A stretch of DNA of 36,978 nucleotides from the IMG/VR virus record IMGVR_UViG_3300017653_000008, positions 1 to 36,978 of that record, one strand, 5' to 3'. The translations under genes and the position numbers were made by a program. The DNA comes from a virus (taxonomy: Duplodnaviria; Caudoviricetes). The notes under the pieces are model-generated. The model had not been told where the DNA came from. It made no database searches and saw nothing but the letters and a program-made list of their open reading frames with translations. Below, piece by piece: positions 34,528-36,978 of this stretch (position 1 is its first letter; each line of letters opens with the position of its first letter).

Positions 34528-34775
34528 GACGCCACCTCCGCGGCGAAGATCAGGGCACCGACTGCGCCACCGAAGGTGATCGCCCAGGCCCACACGGCGA
34601 GACCGATACGCGCCGGGCCAGGAGGAGTGTCGTCGCCCTTGTCCTCGTCGACGATCTCGAGTTCCCCGTCGTGGACAGCGAACACCTGCGTGAAGGTCTC
34701 GTGCGCGATCGGAGCGGGCTCGATGCCGGCGGCCTTGAGTTCGGCGTCGGTGAGAGGCCGGGTGAGGATCGACAT
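34524..34775 (-). CDS. Membrane protein (C-terminal TM)
   Basis: IGLAVWAWAITFGGAVGALIF. Confidence 0.65.
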   Translation of the reverse strand: MSILTRPLTDAELKAAGIEPAPIAHETFTQVFAVHDGELEIVDEDKGDDTPPGPARIGLAVWAWAITFGGAVGALIFAAEVAS

Positions 34776-34776
34776 G

Positions 34777-35181
34777 TCAGGCCCCCTTCGCCATCTCGAC
34801 CGGAGCCGACTCGACGAAACGATTGCGGGCGTTCAGCAACGCAGTCGCCAGCTCAGGGCCATCGGCGTTGATCGCATGCCAGGCGCGCCCGTCGGCGTCG
34901 AACCAGATGTCGACATGCTCGCCCGTGAAGCGGCCGTCGACGAGCATGCGCACCGACCAGCTGCCGTTGCAGGTGAATCGCTGGATGGAGAGAACTCCGA
35001 AGTTGGTGCTGCGGGCGCCCACTCGGTAGTGGTCGATCAGCTCGCCGATCTCGACTTCGAGATCGTCTGAGGTAAGGTTGTAAGGCATCTGATTTCCTTC
35101 CAGGGTTTCGATGTCAGGCCGTCCCGCCGCATACGGGGCGGCCTTTTCGTTTGCTGGGCGCTTGTCGGTCGAGGTGCTCAT
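34777..35181 (-). CDS. Hypothetical protein (alternative start 35088)
   Basis: ATGA overlap at 35181; second ATG35088 has SD AAGGA. Confidence 0.65.
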   Translation of the reverse strand: MSTSTDKRPANEKAAPYAAGRPDIETLEGNQMPYNLTSDDLEVEIGELIDHYRVGARSTNFGVLSIQRFTCNGSWSVRMLVDGRFTGEHVDIWFDADGRAWHAINADGPELATALLNARNRFVESAPVEMAKGA

Positions 35182-35432
35182 CGGAGCGACTTCGTACGGG
35201 CGGGCAGCCTGCCGCTGCGCCATGCGATGGCATCGGAGGGCAGGATCATCCAGCGGCACTTGCGCTTTCCGTTCGGGCCGTCCGCCTGATGGGCGGGCAG
35301 ATCGCCGCGCTGGCAGGCCTTGAGGACGGTGTTATACGAGGGCGAGGTGTGGGTGCCGGGGCCCTGCCAGCCGAGCATCCGCGCGGTGTCCTCGATCGAC
35401 AGCGGGATCTCGCGGGTGAGAGTCGACGTCAC
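35178..35432 (-). CDS. Excisionase-like HTH DNA-binding protein
   Basis: LSIEDTARMLG...TV...C.RG.LPA...W.I winged-HTH pattern; directly after cro; SD AAGGAG. Confidence 0.75.
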   Translation of the reverse strand: MTSTLTREIPLSIEDTARMLGWQGPGTHTSPSYNTVLKACQRGDLPAHQADGPNGKRKCRWMILPSDAIAWRSGRLPARTKSLR

Positions 35433-35464
35433 GTACTGCTCCTTTCGGTTGAGCGGATCGGAAG

Positions 35465-35779
35465 CTATGCAGCAGTGTTGCGAACAACGGGCAACACTTG
35501 GGGCACAAAAAGAGAGCCTGCGGGCGCATCGAGAACCCTTTCGATGGCGCGAGCGGTATGCGGCAAGCAGGTGTTCCTATGCCCGGACATCAGGTGGCCG
35601 ATGAGGGACCGGGAGCACCCAGCAGGCTTGTCGCCGCGCATAGCCTTCGCCTTCTTGAGCTCCTTGTCCGTTGCCGCCGCAAGGGAACGGACCGTGAATC
35701 CGCGATGCTCGACGTACTGGCTGAACGCCTTCGAACTGATGAGCTTCACCCAGAACCTCCCGTCTGTGTAGTGCTGCAT
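35465..35779 (-). CDS. cro: Cro-like HTH protein
   Basis: T.RSLA...SRSLIGHL.SG.R.TC....A.AIE..L..P.GSLF; divergent from repressor; SD CAGGGGA. Confidence 0.85.
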   Translation of the reverse strand: MQHYTDGRFWVKLISSKAFSQYVEHRGFTVRSLAAATDKELKKAKAMRGDKPAGCSRSLIGHLMSGHRNTCLPHTARAIERVLDAPAGSLFVPQVLPVVRNTAA

Positions 35780-35797
35780 TTCCCCTGCCTTTCGAAG

Positions 35798-35980
35798 TGT
35801 AGACGGTTTGTTGTGTGTTGTGTGCGACAGTACAACATGTAGACGGTGGTGTCTACAAGCCGGAAGTCTGTCGAGGCACAGAAGCTCCAGGTTGCTGTCC
35901 GTTGCGCCAGGTAATTTGTAGACACGTTGTCTACACAAGAAGTTGGGCAACACCGACAGCTACAGGCAGGGTTCGTAGAC
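35798..35980. promoter_or_regulatory. Operator palindromes TGTAGAC-N5/6-GTCTACA
   Basis: Full sites 35838-35857 and 35917-35935; half-sites at 35798 and 35975. Confidence 0.8.
35827..35855 (-). promoter_or_regulatory. Early lytic promoter TAGACA-N17-TACTGT
   Basis: SigA-like -35/-10 with 17-bp spacer upstream of cro. Confidence 0.65.
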
Positions 35981-36514
35981 GTGACGAAGAAGCGAGCGGG
36001 ACTACCGCCCCAATGGGAAGAAGTGTTCGCCGGCCGCAGCATGCGAAAGGTCGCCGAATCCGCGGGGATCTACGCCGACCGCGTGAGCCGATTCGTGAAG
36101 GGCGAGGGTGTCGAAGAGGGCACCGCCGAACTGATCGCGGATGCACTCGGCATCACCGTCAAGAAGGCATGGGAACTCCGCGGCGAGCCTGTCCGCGAGC
36201 CCTTCAGGCTCCCCCAGAAGGCGCACCGACTGTCACGTAGTCAACGAGAAGCGATCCTCCGCGTCATCGACGGAATGCTTGAAGGGCGTGACGACCAAGA
36301 CGACACCAGGGGTGGAGACTTGCCCGCCGAGGATCCAGGCCTGCGCCTTGTCGACGATGAGCCGGAGGACGCAGAGGGACCTGAAGACGTCGAGGAGCCC
36401 GAGGGCTACGAGCTGGCGGCGCGCAAGGGCGAGACGCGGGAACGGAAGCGCCGGCGACTGGAAAGCGAACCGTGGGATCACCCCGACCCGGACGGGCCGG
36501 AGGACGGCGCTTAA
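35981..36514 (+). CDS. Immunity repressor (XRE HTH)
   Basis: SMRKVAESAGI....VSRFVKG...IADALG; LSRSQREAI..VI..M; acidic tail with ELAAR. GTG35981 likely start, possibly leaderless. Confidence 0.85.
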   Translation: MTKKRAGLPPQWEEVFAGRSMRKVAESAGIYADRVSRFVKGEGVEEGTAELIADALGITVKKAWELRGEPVREPFRLPQKAHRLSRSQREAILRVIDGMLEGRDDQDDTRGGDLPAEDPGLRLVDDEPEDAEGPEDVEEPEGYELAARKGETRERKRRRLESEPWDHPDPDGPEDGA

Positions 36515-36574
36515 TCACCGCCATCTCCCGTGTAGCAACCTGCTACAAGATCAGCGTGTTACGTGGAAGTTACT

Positions 36575-36590
36575 TCGAACAAGTGTTCTA
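36575..36590 (+). promoter_or_regulatory. LexA (SOS) box
   Basis: TCGAAC-AAGT-GTTCTA, one mismatch to actinobacterial TCGAAC-N4-GTTCGA; 8 nt before ATG36599. Confidence 0.8.
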
Positions 36591-36598
36591 ATCCCTCC

Positions 36599-36978
36599 AT
36601 GTCCCGCCGCAAGTGGAATCCATGGAGGCATCTGCACCAACACTTTCCGCACGTTGACGTCCACTTCGTCGACCGCCCCACCCACGGAAATCTCGGCCGT
36701 CTCACCCGAGGCGGCATCGAGATCGACAAGACCAGCTCGCAGACAGAACGGCGCTCCACCCTCACGCACGAGATAAACCACCTCGAACGCGGGCCCGTAC
36801 CCCCGCACCCGTTCTTCGCGGCCCGCGAGGAACACGTCGTCGAGGAGCTCACCGCCCGCCGGATGATCCGCCTGCCCGAGCTCGTCGACGCGCTCATGTG
36901 GTGCCAGGGGCGCGCCGACGACGAGGCCGCCGAGGAGCTGTGGGTCGACCACGACATCCTCCTGACCCGAATACGCAC
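36599..36978 (+). CDS. ImmA/IrrE-family metallopeptidase (partial, runs off window)
   Basis: MSRRKWNPW...ERRSTLTHEINHLERG...REE..VE..TARRMI...AEELWV; HExxH motif; absent from the supplied ORF track. Confidence 0.88.
   Translation, partial: MSRRKWNPWRHLHQHFPHVDVHFVDRPTHGNLGRLTRGGIEIDKTSSQTERRSTLTHEINHLERGPVPPHPFFAAREEHVVEELTARRMIRLPELVDALMWCQGRADDEAAEELWVDHDILLTRIR

Larger units (their letters stand above)
1..36978 (-). mobile_element. Temperate siphovirus / prophage, most of genome; integrase and att sites not in window
   Basis: Complete terminase-to-tail-fibre gene order on the minus strand, a lysis cassette, a replication/recombination operon and a divergent repressor/cro switch. Confidence 0.95.

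Noticed and set aside
35465-36514. Integration-dependent immunity (attP inside repressor, ssrA-like tags)
   Set aside because: The repressor is intact and followed by ImmA rather than an att junction. Cro ends in -AA, but many ORFs here do so because of overlap constraints

Overview
High-GC actinobacterial (Rhodococcus/Gordonia-like, inferred from protein families and promoter motifs) temperate siphovirus, probably an integrated prophage, read right-to-left on the minus strand. Right end: immunity region with an SOS-box-preceded ImmA/IrrE protease running off the window, repressor (+), operators, and divergent cro/excisionase (-). The early operon follows (Sak4-like AAA ATPase, RusA, DUF4326, replication initiator with internal iterons, BRO-N/ANT antirepressor, many tiny ORFs). 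Then come the late genes: terminase, portal, capsid, head-tail, major tail, duplicated tail chaperones with a -1 frameshift, tape measure, minor tails, lysin A and holin, and a repeat-rich tail fibre. The left accessory end carries a VapBC45-like toxin-antitoxin pair and a ~650 bp non-coding block. That block reads as four two-hairpin small RNAs with C-rich (UCCCC/CCUCC, anti-Shine-Dalgarno) loops resembling 6C RNA. Three have alternative-sigma-like promoters, and the UCCCCUG loops are complementary to the phage's own cro ribosome-binding site. No integrase or att site is visible. All calls come from reading the sequence; no searches or folding programs were run.
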